DNA of 34,904 nucleotides from Candidatus Woesearchaeota archaeon (GCA_019323135.1 JAHWHT010000002.1:1-34904), one strand, 5' to 3'; shown: positions 9,152 through 17,176, counted from the first letter of the stretch. Notes: a model not told the origin generated them from the letters alone. A program made the numbers and translations.

Positions 9152-10674
9152 TGAAACCATGTAATGCAAATAAAACGTGCTGGAACTGTCCAGCAGCAAT
9201 GTTAAAAGGTAATGTTGACTTTAGGGCCTGCGGCCAGTCAAAAGAAAAGAAAAGACAATTGTCTGAAGAAAAACAAGTTATGATTGAATGTTCAAGAAGA
9301 AAAGAATTAGGTCATTTTGAGCCTACAATTACTTTTGAACAGTGTCCTGAATGGGAATTGAATGAAAATTATAATCTTTACATGCTAAAGAACATGCGCG
9401 TCATGATTCTTGGTCTTGACGGGTATCTTGGCTGGGCTCTTGCTTTGAAACTAGGAAAATTAGGTTTTAAAGTAAGTGGTATTGATAATTACTGGAGAAG
9501 AGATTGTGTCATGGAAAAAGGTGCACACACAGTTGTTCCTATCCAAAGAATGACAGAACGACTTCGCGCTGCTAAAGAAGTTCTAGGTATTGATATTAAT
9601 TTCAGAAAAATGGATATTCTTGACCGGCCTAAATTAAAAGAATTTTTAGAAGAAACAAAACCCGAAGCAATTATCCATTACGCAGAGTGTCCTAGCGCAC
9701 CATACAGCATGGTTGATGTTGATCACGCAGTTAAAGTTCAAGAAAATAATGTTTTAGGAACATTAGGATTATTGTGGCTGATAAAAGAAGTTGTTCCAGA
9801 ATCTTGCTTAATCAAATTAGGCACAATGGGAGAATACGGTGCTCCATTGACCGGAAGACCAATTTTTGAAGGAATTTTCCCTGCAAATGCAACCCTTAAG
9901 TGGGATGATAGAGAATGGAGTTTAGGTGGAGAACTAACTCCGAGAGATCCAGTAAGTTTTTATCACGTCAGTAAAGTTCAAGACACATTTAATTGTTATG
10001 AAGCCTGCAAGTATTGGTGGTTAAGATCTTATGATGTTATGCAGGGAGTTATTTACGGCGTTCATACTGAAGAAGTTGCTGCTGACCCCCGATTAAGAAC
10101 CAGATTAGATATGGATGAATGGTTTGGAACAGTAGTTAACAGATTTGTTACTCAATCCATTCTGGGAATGCCTTTGACAATCTATGGCGAAGGCGAGCAG
10201 CTTAGAGGATTTATTGCACTAGATGATGCAATGCAATGCATGGTTAGATTAATTTCCAGTCCTCCAGAAGCAGGACAATATGATGTTGTTAATCAGGTTT
10301 CTGGATTAATCAGAGTAAAAAACCTTGCAGAGACTGTTGCAAATGTTGCTAAGGATTTTGGAATAAACACTAAGATTCAAAGAGTGGAAAATCCAAGAGT
10401 TGAGGCAGATAAGCATCCATTAGAAGTTATCTCAACTAAACTACCTGCAGATTTAGGTTTTAATGCAAGCATTACTTTTGATGCAGAAATCAGAAAAATG
10501 TTTGAATTATTAACTCAGCCAGAAATCAAAGCAAGGATTGAAGAGAAAAAACACGCAGTTATGCCTAAAACAAGATGGGATGGTGTAAAGCAGGAAAGTG
10601 AATCTTTTGAGACTTATGATCCTGGAACAAAGAATCTTGAAGATGGACATAAGGGCGTACTGCACACAAAATAA
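9151..10674 (+). CDS. sqd1: UDP-sulfoquinovose synthase (SQD1/Agl3 family SDR) with 81-aa Cys-rich N-terminal extension
   Basis: The body from M82 aligns along its whole length with plant SQD1 as I recall it. Shared blocks are GxDGYxGWAxAL, ECPSAPYSM, NNVLGTLxLL, KLGTMGEYG, SFYHVSKVQD, QGVIYG, RLDMDEWFGTVVNRF, PLTIYGEGEQLRGF and NPRVEA. Confidence 0.85.
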   Translation: MKPCNANKTCWNCPAAMLKGNVDFRACGQSKEKKRQLSEEKQVMIECSRRKELGHFEPTITFEQCPEWELNENYNLYMLKNMRVMILGLDGYLGWALALKLGKLGFKVSGIDNYWRRDCVMEKGAHTVVPIQRMTERLRAAKEVLGIDINFRKMDILDRPKLKEFLEETKPEAIIHYAECPSAPYSMVDVDHAVKVQENNVLGTLGLLWLIKEVVPESCLIKLGTMGEYGAPLTGRPIFEGIFPANATLKWDDREWSLGGELTPRDPVSFYHVSKVQDTFNCYEACKYWWLRSYDVMQGVIYGVHTEEVAADPRLRTRLDMDEWFGTVVNRFVTQSILGMPLTIYGEGEQLRGFIALDDAMQCMVRLISSPPEAGQYDVVNQVSGLIRVKNLAETVANVAKDFGINTKIQRVENPRVEADKHPLEVISTKLPADLGFNASITFDAEIRKMFELLTQPEIKARIEEKKHAVMPKTRWDGVKQESESFETYDPGTKNLEDGHKGVLHTK

Positions 10675-10675
10675 A

Positions 10676-10990
10676 ATGGAGCTTACCGATTCAAATTTTG
10701 AGCAAGAGGTTTATCATTCAGATATTCCTGTTTTTGTTGATTTTTGGGCATCTTGGTGTCCACCCTGCAAGATGATGGAGCCAGTGATTAATTCATTGGA
10801 AAAAGAATATGACGGCAGGGTTAAGATTTGCAAGATAAATATTGACAAGAATAGACTTGCTGCCTCAAAATTTGACATCAAAGGGGTTCCTTTATTTATT
10901 TTATTCAAGAATGGAGAAATCGTAGATCAAGCAGTTGCAGCAAAAACAGAAAGTCAATTAAAAGAAATGATTAATCAAGTATTACCATGA
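10676..10990 (+). CDS. trx: thioredoxin (WCPPC active site)
   Basis: VFVDFWASWCPPCKMM..GVPLFILFKNGE. ATG 10676 lies directly after the sqd1 stop. Confidence 0.85.
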   Translation: MELTDSNFEQEVYHSDIPVFVDFWASWCPPCKMMEPVINSLEKEYDGRVKICKINIDKNRLAASKFDIKGVPLFILFKNGEIVDQAVAAKTESQLKEMINQVLP

Positions 10991-11934
10991 CAAAAGTATT
11001 GATAACCGGCGGATGTGGATTTATTGGTTCTAATTTGGTTGAGTTTATTTTACAGAAAACTGATTGGCAAATTAATGTTCTAGACAATCTTACTGGAGGC
11101 AAGTTAGAAGACATAGAACAAATAGCTGGCTTCAAAGAGCGCAGTACTTTTTTCAAAGGAGACATTAGAAACAAAGAAGACGTTTCAAAAGCAGTTGCAG
11201 GTTGCGATTATGTTGTTAATCTTGCTGCACAGGTTGGCGTAATGCCTTCTGTTGAAGATCCATTATTTGATGCAGATGTTAATATAATTGGAACTATTAC
11301 TGTTTTGAATGCTTGTGTAAAGAACAAAATAAAGAAATTTGTTCAAGCATCTTCTGCTGCCCCTCTTGGCGACCAGGAAATGCCCATGCATGAGAAAAAA
11401 GTTCCTCAACCTCTTTCACCATATGGCGCTAGCAAGCTTGCAGACGAAGCATACTGCAGTGCATTTGCCGCTTCTTACGGGCTAAACACTGTTGCTTTAA
11501 GATTTTCTAACGCTTACGGCATTAAATCTTATCAAAAAGGCAGCGTCATTCCTCTATTCATAAGACAGATTCTTAATGGAGAAACCTGCACTATTTTTGG
11601 AGATGGTGAACAAACAAGGGATTTTATCTATGTTACAGACATCTGTAATGGTATTTATTTAGCATTGACCACAGAACTAAAAAACAAATTTGAGTTGATT
11701 CAACTTGCTACAGGCAAAGAAACTTCAATGAACGAATTATTCAAAGTACTAAAACAAGAATTTGAAAAGCATGGTAAAACAGTACAGGATGCCAAATACG
11801 TTCCAGCAAGGCCTGGCGAAATCATCAGAAACTATGCAGATATCACAAAATTAAGGACTTTGTTGAATTATGAGCCCAAAGTAGACCTAAAAGAAGGCAT
11901 TTCAAAAACAGTTTCTTGGTTCATTAATCAATAA
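10987..11934 (+). CDS. NAD-dependent sugar-nucleotide epimerase/dehydratase (GalE-like SDR)
   Basis: VLITGGCGFIGSNLV and YGASKLADE (YxxxK). ATGA overlap with trx. Confidence 0.8.
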   Translation: MTKVLITGGCGFIGSNLVEFILQKTDWQINVLDNLTGGKLEDIEQIAGFKERSTFFKGDIRNKEDVSKAVAGCDYVVNLAAQVGVMPSVEDPLFDADVNIIGTITVLNACVKNKIKKFVQASSAAPLGDQEMPMHEKKVPQPLSPYGASKLADEAYCSAFAASYGLNTVALRFSNAYGIKSYQKGSVIPLFIRQILNGETCTIFGDGEQTRDFIYVTDICNGIYLALTTELKNKFELIQLATGKETSMNELFKVLKQEFEKHGKTVQDAKYVPARPGEIIRNYADITKLRTLLNYEPKVDLKEGISKTVSWFINQ

Positions 11935-11961
11935 ACTATTCTAGAATCTAAAACCATAAGA

Positions 11962-11991
11962 TTTATATATGGCATACATAATTCTATGTAT
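11962..11991 (+). promoter_or_regulatory. TATA box (TTTATATA 11962-11969) plus inverted repeat ATACATA-N4-TATGTAT (11974-11991); candidate RHH operator
   Basis: A perfect 7-bp inverted repeat lies between the TATA box and the predicted transcription start. It is immediately upstream of two RHH genes. SD-like GAGGG/AAGGT precedes ATG 12009. Confidence 0.45.
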
Positions 11992-12008
11992 TTAAGAGGG
12001 TATAAGGT

Positions 12009-12341
12009 ATGGAAAACAGGACTACAATCCAAATTACAGAGGATTTAAGAAAACAACTCAAAGTGCTTGCAGCCAGAAGAGACATCTCTTACCAAGAATT
12101 ACTGCAAGATATGGTATCTGTTTTCAAAGAATTAAATCAAGAAAAAACAATTATTTCCATTCCTTCAATGCTTGCTGGCAAAGTCAATGAAAAGATTGAA
12201 AAAACTGATTTTAGTTCAGTAAGCGAATACACCACATTTGTTTTGCGACAAATGCTTATGGAAACAGCACACAAACAAGACATCGCTTCATCTGATGAAG
12301 AAAAAATAAAAGATAAATTAAGAAAATTAGGTTATTTGTGA
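12009..12341 (+). CDS. ribbon-helix-helix (CopG/Arc/MetJ-like) protein with two RHH-like modules and an acidic linker plus ..KLRKLGYL tail
   Basis: N-terminus TTIQITEDLRKQLKVLAARRDISYQELLQDMV fits the RHH pattern. The second module IISIPSMLAGKVNEKIEKTDFSSVSEYTTFVLRQM is paralogous to the next ORF. Confidence 0.7.
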   Translation: MENRTTIQITEDLRKQLKVLAARRDISYQELLQDMVSVFKELNQEKTIISIPSMLAGKVNEKIEKTDFSSVSEYTTFVLRQMLMETAHKQDIASSDEEKIKDKLRKLGYL

Positions 12342-12350
12342 GGTAACAAA

Positions 12351-12569
12351 ATGAAAATTGAAATTCCTGAAGATTTAATAAAAAAATTACAAAAAAGAGT
12401 TGATTCAACAGATGAGTTTGATTCTGTTGAAGCATATGTCAGCTACATACTTAAGCAGGTTGTAGAAAGACTCGAAACTGAAAATAAAGAAGATGAAAAG
12501 CCAGCTTTTAGCGAAGAAGATGAAGCAAAAGTAAAAGAAAGGCTAAGAAGTTTAGGATACTTGGACTGA
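12351..12569 (+). CDS. ribbon-helix-helix protein with acidic linker plus ..RLRSLGYLD tail
   Basis: KIEIPEDLIKKLQKRVDSTDEFDSVEAYVSYILKQVV fits the RHH pattern. SD GAGGT lies upstream. Confidence 0.7.
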   Translation: MKIEIPEDLIKKLQKRVDSTDEFDSVEAYVSYILKQVVERLETENKEDEKPAFSEEDEAKVKERLRSLGYLD

Positions 12570-12579
12570 GGTGGAAAAA

Positions 12580-13398
12580 ATGGATCATTTAGATGAATTA
12601 GAAAGTAAAAGCATATACATTATTCGTGAAGCATACAAACAGTATAAAAATCTTGCAATGTTATGGTCGATTGGTAAAGATTCAACAGCTTTGTTATGGC
12701 TCTGCAGAAAAGCATTTTTTGGAAGAGTTCCATTTCCAGTAGTGCATATTGATACAAGCTATAAATTCAAGGAAATTTATGAATTTAGAGATAAGTTTAC
12801 CAAAGAATGGGATTTAAAGTTGGTTGTTGGCAAGAACGAAGAAGCTATTGCTGCAGGCATGAGTCCTACTGAAGGAAATAAATTTGAGTGCTGTAACCAA
12901 TTAAAGACTGTTGCATTAAAACAGACTATTGCAAAGCAGAAGTATACTGCATTGCTATTAGGCATCAGAAGAGACGAGCACGGCATAAGAGCAAAAGAAA
13001 GAGTTTTCTCTCCTAGAAATCAGCAGTTCAAATGGGATTACAAGAATCAGCCTCCAGAACTATGGGATCAGTATAAATCAAAACAGGCAGAAGATGAACA
13101 CTTAAGAGTTCACCCGATTTTGCACTGGACTGAACAGGATATCTGGGATTATGTCAAAAGAGAAAAAATTCCAATTACAGAGTTATATTTTGCAAAAAAG
13201 ATGGAAAATGGCGAATCAAAAAGATATAGAAGTATTGGTTGTGAAACTTGCTGTAATCCAATCTGTTCTAATGCAGACGATGTTGACAAGATAGTTGAGG
13301 AATTAAGAACTACAAAAGTCGCAGAGCGTTCAGGCAGAGCACAAGACAAAGAATCTGCGTACATCATGCAGAAGCTTCGGTCTCTCGGATACATGTGA
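12580..13398 (+). CDS. cysD: sulfate adenylyltransferase subunit 2 (CysD, PP-loop ATP pyrophosphatase fold) with extra Cys motifs
   Basis: LESKSIYIIREA, SIGKDS (PP-loop), LLGIRRDEHGIRAKERVFS and HPILHWTEQDIWDY are colinear with E. coli CysD as I recall it. ATG 12580 follows SD GAGGTGG. Confidence 0.85.
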   Translation: MDHLDELESKSIYIIREAYKQYKNLAMLWSIGKDSTALLWLCRKAFFGRVPFPVVHIDTSYKFKEIYEFRDKFTKEWDLKLVVGKNEEAIAAGMSPTEGNKFECCNQLKTVALKQTIAKQKYTALLLGIRRDEHGIRAKERVFSPRNQQFKWDYKNQPPELWDQYKSKQAEDEHLRVHPILHWTEQDIWDYVKREKIPITELYFAKKMENGESKRYRSIGCETCCNPICSNADDVDKIVEELRTTKVAERSGRAQDKESAYIMQKLRSLGYM

Positions 13399-13402
13399 TA
13401 AT

Positions 13403-13609
13403 ATGGTTGACAAACACATTAGAAGCATTACAAAAGGCTTGAGTTGGAGGGTTCTTGCATCCCTCACAACTGTTATTTTAGTTTATGCTTTCACTGGAAA
13501 ATTGGCTCTAGCAGCAGGCATAGGTATACTAGAAGTTATTACCAAACTGCTCATCTATTATGTTCATGAACGGGCCTGGAATAATGTAACATGGGGGAAA
13601 ATAAAATGA
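13403..13609 (+). CDS. DUF2061-type small two-TM membrane protein
   Basis: SITKGLSWRVLASLTT..YYVHERAWN is the DUF2061 signature as I recall it. Confidence 0.6.
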   Translation: MVDKHIRSITKGLSWRVLASLTTVILVYAFTGKLALAAGIGILEVITKLLIYYVHERAWNNVTWGKIK

Positions 13610-14052
13610 GCAATTGCATATTTTGTAAAATAGAAAAAGGAGAAGTTCCTGCAAAGAAAATATATGAATCTAAATATTTTTTTGCAATACTCGATGCACA
13701 CCCAATAGTTGAAGGACACTGTCTTTTAATTCCAAAGAGACATTATGAAACTATTCATAAAATGAATAAAGAAGAAAGCCTGCAATTCGGTGAAGACTGT
13801 ATTACTCTTGCCAAAATGCTAAAAAATTACTGGCCAGATCTGACAATAGCAAACTCAAATGGAAAATTCGCAAGCCAAGCAGTACCGCATTATCACGTCC
13901 ACTTCATTCCTAGGCAGGAAGGAGATAGGCTTTGGGACGAAGATAAATCCAAGATATCATTAGACGTTAGTTCTGGTTTTGAAAGATTAAAACCATCCAA
14001 AGATGAATTAGAACAATTAGCAAACAAACTAATAGGTGATACACATGAATGA
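13606..14052 (+). CDS. HIT-family nucleotide hydrolase/transferase
   Basis: CIFCKI..., followed by the histidine triad [12 protein letters not shown] overlap with the DUF2061 gene. Confidence 0.85.
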   Translation: MSNCIFCKIEKGEVPAKKIYESKYFFAILDAHPIVEGHCLLIPKRHYETIHKMNKEESLQFGEDCITLAKMLKNYWPDLTIANSNGKFASQAVPHYHVHFIPRQEGDRLWDEDKSKISLDVSSGFERLKPSKDELEQLANKLIGDTHE

Positions 14053-15295
14053 ACAAGAACATTTTAAATTTGCAATCGTTGGTCACGTAGACCACGGTAA
14101 ATCTACTCTTATTGGCAGGTTATTCTATGATACTGGTTCCTTGCCAGAGGGAAAGATGGAAGAGCTCAAGAAAACCTGTGATGAATTAGGCAAAGATATT
14201 GAATTTGGTTTTATCATGGATCATTTGCAGGAAGAAAGAGAGCAAGGCGTAACTATTGACACTGCTCAGGCTTTTTTCAAGACAGATAAAAGACATTATG
14301 TCATAATCGATGCTCCAGGACATAAAGAATTCACCAAAAACATGATTACTGGAGCTTCACAAGCAGAAGCAGCTTTATTGATTGTTGATGCTGATGAAGG
14401 AGTTCAAGAGCAGACAAAAAGACACGCATACATCTTAAGCATGCTTGGATTAAAGCAGGTTATTGTTGTAATGAACAAGATGGACTTAGTAGAATACAAA
14501 GAAGAAAGATTCAAAGAAGTTGAAAAGAATTTGCTTGAATTTTTAGGTTCATTGAACATAAAACCATCTTACATAATTCCAATTTCTGCAAAGTTGGGCG
14601 ATAATATCGCAAAGAAATCAGAAAACATGTCTTGGTACACAGGAAAAACTGTTCTTGAAGCTCTGGACACATTTGAATCTCTTGCCAGCCTAAGTAATGC
14701 ACCACTTAGATACCCTATTCAAGATGTTTACAAGTTTGATGACAAGCGAATTTTGGCAGGCAGGGTTGAGGCAGGCATTCTTAAGAAAGGTAACCGATTA
14801 TTATTTTTGCCGTCTAACAAAGAAAGCACAATTACTACAATTGAAGACATGAATGGCGAAGTAGAAAGCGTTGAAGCAGGCAAAAGCACAGGAATAACAA
14901 TAGAACATCCGTTATTCGTAGAGCGAGGAGAAATTGCTTGCGATCCGGATGCAGAAAAGCCTACTGTTACAACCAGATTCAGAGGAAAAGTTTTCTGGAT
15001 GTCTAAGCTGCCGTTCAATAAATCTGAAAAAATAACTCTTAAATGCGCTACTCAAGAAGTTGAGTGTGTTATGGAAAAGATTGAGAAAAAGTTAGATTCC
15101 TCAACACTCGCAGTTCTTGAAGAAGATGCTTCTGAAATTAAAGAATGGGAAGTTGGAGAAATTGTCTTCAAAACAGAGGCTCCGGTTGTAATCGAGGATT
15201 TTAACGAAACTCCTGAATTAGGCCGGTTTGTCTTGGTTAAAGGAGAAGATGTTTGTGCAGGCGGAATTGTCACACATAAAGACTTAGAGAACTAA
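14045..15295 (+). CDS. cysN: sulfate adenylyltransferase subunit 1 (CysN GTPase), no fused APS kinase domain
   Basis: [14 protein letters not shown] (G1), DAPGHKEF (G3), NKMD (G4) and EF-Tu-like domains II/III. About 416 aa, which leaves no room for CysC. Confidence 0.85.
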   Translation: MNEQEHFKFAIVGHVDHGKSTLIGRLFYDTGSLPEGKMEELKKTCDELGKDIEFGFIMDHLQEEREQGVTIDTAQAFFKTDKRHYVIIDAPGHKEFTKNMITGASQAEAALLIVDADEGVQEQTKRHAYILSMLGLKQVIVVMNKMDLVEYKEERFKEVEKNLLEFLGSLNIKPSYIIPISAKLGDNIAKKSENMSWYTGKTVLEALDTFESLASLSNAPLRYPIQDVYKFDDKRILAGRVEAGILKKGNRLLFLPSNKESTITTIEDMNGEVESVEAGKSTGITIEHPLFVERGEIACDPDAEKPTVTTRFRGKVFWMSKLPFNKSEKITLKCATQEVECVMEKIEKKLDSSTLAVLEEDASEIKEWEVGEIVFKTEAPVVIEDFNETPELGRFVLVKGEDVCAGGIVTHKDLEN

Positions 15296-15325
15296 AGTAA
15301 CAACAGTTACGACAAAGGTGGGAAA

Positions 15326-15640
15326 ATGGGAATATTTAATAAAGGATTAGATGGGTTTATCGAGCAAGTATCTAAAAATAAACCAACAAAAATAGAAATT
15401 ACAACAGATATACAAGAAGGCGGGGACGCACATTATGTTTGTGAGTATTTTGGTGTTTTTAAAGGCATATATGAAGACAGAAAACCTATTATTGCTCATA
15501 AGAAATATGGCGGAACATTAACTAATCACGCAGAAATGGATGAAGCAATGGATCAAGACATCAAAAAACTTCAAGAACTGGATATCCCTATCTTTAAAAC
15601 AAAAGGATTTCAAGATGATTCAGATAAAACAAATAATTAA
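15326..15640 (+). CDS. hypothetical protein
   Basis: ORF with SD AGGTGG upstream and no recognisable motif. It overlaps the next gene by 26 nt. Confidence 0.45.
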   Translation: MGIFNKGLDGFIEQVSKNKPTKIEITTDIQEGGDAHYVCEYFGVFKGIYEDRKPIIAHKKYGGTLTNHAEMDEAMDQDIKKLQELDIPIFKTKGFQDDSDKTNN

Positions 15641-16478
15641 ACTATTCAGACCAGCACAGTGGTACAAGAATTTACTAGTTTTTGTCCCTATTATTTTCTC
15701 AGGCAATTTACTGCATATGAATTCGCTTTTGCTTACTTTTATTGGTTTTATGAGTCTTTGTGCAGTCTCTTCTGCAAATTACATACTAAATGACATGATA
15801 GATCGCAAAAGAGATAAAAAGCATCCAGAAAAGCGTAAGAGACCTATTGCATCTGGCAAAATCAAGATTTGGCAGGCAAGCATATTGACAATAATGTTAT
15901 TAGCAATTTCTATTGGTCTTGCAGCGCCACTGAATATTAATTTCTTTTACGCAATCGCAGTATTGTTTGGTATCACTTTACTGTATTCTCTCCTGCTTAA
16001 AAAAGAGCCTTTTGTAGATATAATCACAATAGCAATTAATTTTGTAGTACGGGCAGTCGCAGGCGCTTTAATCCTTAGCATTGAAGTATCTCCTTGGCTT
16101 ATTGCATGTGTTTTCTTTTTAGCAGTATTTCTTGTTTCAGGCAAAAGACATGCAGATGCAATGTTCCTTGGCGAAAAAGCAAAAAAACATAGAAGCACAC
16201 TTAAAGTGTACACTCCAGAAATCACCAGTTCTTTGATGATAATCACTACTGCGTTATTGGCTACTGCTTACAGCTTATACTCTTTTTTCAGCGATAACAC
16301 GCCTTATTTGATTTTCACTCTGCCTTTTGCACTCTATTTAATTTTCAGGTATTTCTACTTAGTTTATTCTGGTTCCAAGATAGCACGGCATCCAGAAAGA
16401 ATTTTTTTAGACTTAAGAATGGATATTGGCATGCTTTTATGGGCTGCTGTTACTTTTGTTATACTTTATTTCTTATAG
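15615..16478 (+). CDS. UbiA-family prenyltransferase, decaprenyl-phosphate phosphoribosyltransferase (DPPR synthase)-like
   Basis: NDMIDRKRDKKHPEKRKRPIASG (NDxxDxxxD..K.xRPxxSG), polytopic. The start MIQIKQIIKLFRPAQWYKN is typical of the family. Confidence 0.75.
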   Translation: MIQIKQIIKLFRPAQWYKNLLVFVPIIFSGNLLHMNSLLLTFIGFMSLCAVSSANYILNDMIDRKRDKKHPEKRKRPIASGKIKIWQASILTIMLLAISIGLAAPLNINFFYAIAVLFGITLLYSLLLKKEPFVDIITIAINFVVRAVAGALILSIEVSPWLIACVFFLAVFLVSGKRHADAMFLGEKAKKHRSTLKVYTPEITSSLMIITTALLATAYSLYSFFSDNTPYLIFTLPFALYLIFRYFYLVYSGSKIARHPERIFLDLRMDIGMLLWAAVTFVILYFL

Positions 16479-17176
16479 ATTTCATTTACTTCTTGGTACT
16501 GTTCGTGACTTCCTATATCAAACCAAGGTTCTGTATAAATTACTGCATAAATTGGCTTTGTTTTCATCAAAAGCTTAGGCAAAGGAACTCCATCTTGCAC
16601 ATTCTGAGCACAAACTGTCGGAATATCTTCTTTCCTGATAAAATAACATAAAGTTGATGCAAGAGTAGATTTAGGATTTTCTGGTTTTTCCTCTATTTCT
16701 ATGATTTTTCCTTCAGAATCCAAGGCGCAGATACCCATCTTTTGAGCTTCCTCAACCGTTTTTACATCATATACTCCTATTGTTGAGGCGTTTTTCTTTT
16801 CTGACAACTGCGCCAATCTATTTAAGTCAAATTCAAATAAATTATCCCCGCCAACTATCAATAGATCTTCTTGTATATCTGCCTGGTTTATCGCATAGCA
16901 AATATCTCCCATAACACCCAATCTATCTTCATTGCTGGTTGTTCCGTCGTTTAGTATCGTAACTCCTTCTTGGTCTTTTGCCCAAGTTTGAAAAGTTTCA
17001 TAGAACTTATCATTAGTCACAATAAAAATCTCATTTATTTCTGGAACTTCCCTTATTTTATCTAGAATCCACCCCAGTATTGGCTTGCCTGCAACATCTA
17101 GCAAGGGCTTTGGTTTGTCTTTTGTCAAGGGATATAGCCTTGTCGCGTATCCTGCTGCCAATATTACTGCTTTCAT
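16466..17176 (-). CDS. sugar-1-phosphate nucleotidyltransferase (G1P uridylyl/thymidylyltransferase-like)
   Basis: MKAVILAAGYATRLYPLTKDKPKPLL signature. TATA 17202-17209 lies 25 nt upstream. Confidence 0.8.
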   Translation of the reverse strand: MKAVILAAGYATRLYPLTKDKPKPLLDVAGKPILGWILDKIREVPEINEIFIVTNDKFYETFQTWAKDQEGVTILNDGTTSNEDRLGVMGDICYAINQADIQEDLLIVGGDNLFEFDLNRLAQLSEKKNASTIGVYDVKTVEEAQKMGICALDSEGKIIEIEEKPENPKSTLASTLCYFIRKEDIPTVCAQNVQDGVPLPKLLMKTKPIYAVIYTEPWFDIGSHEQYQEVNEIYKK

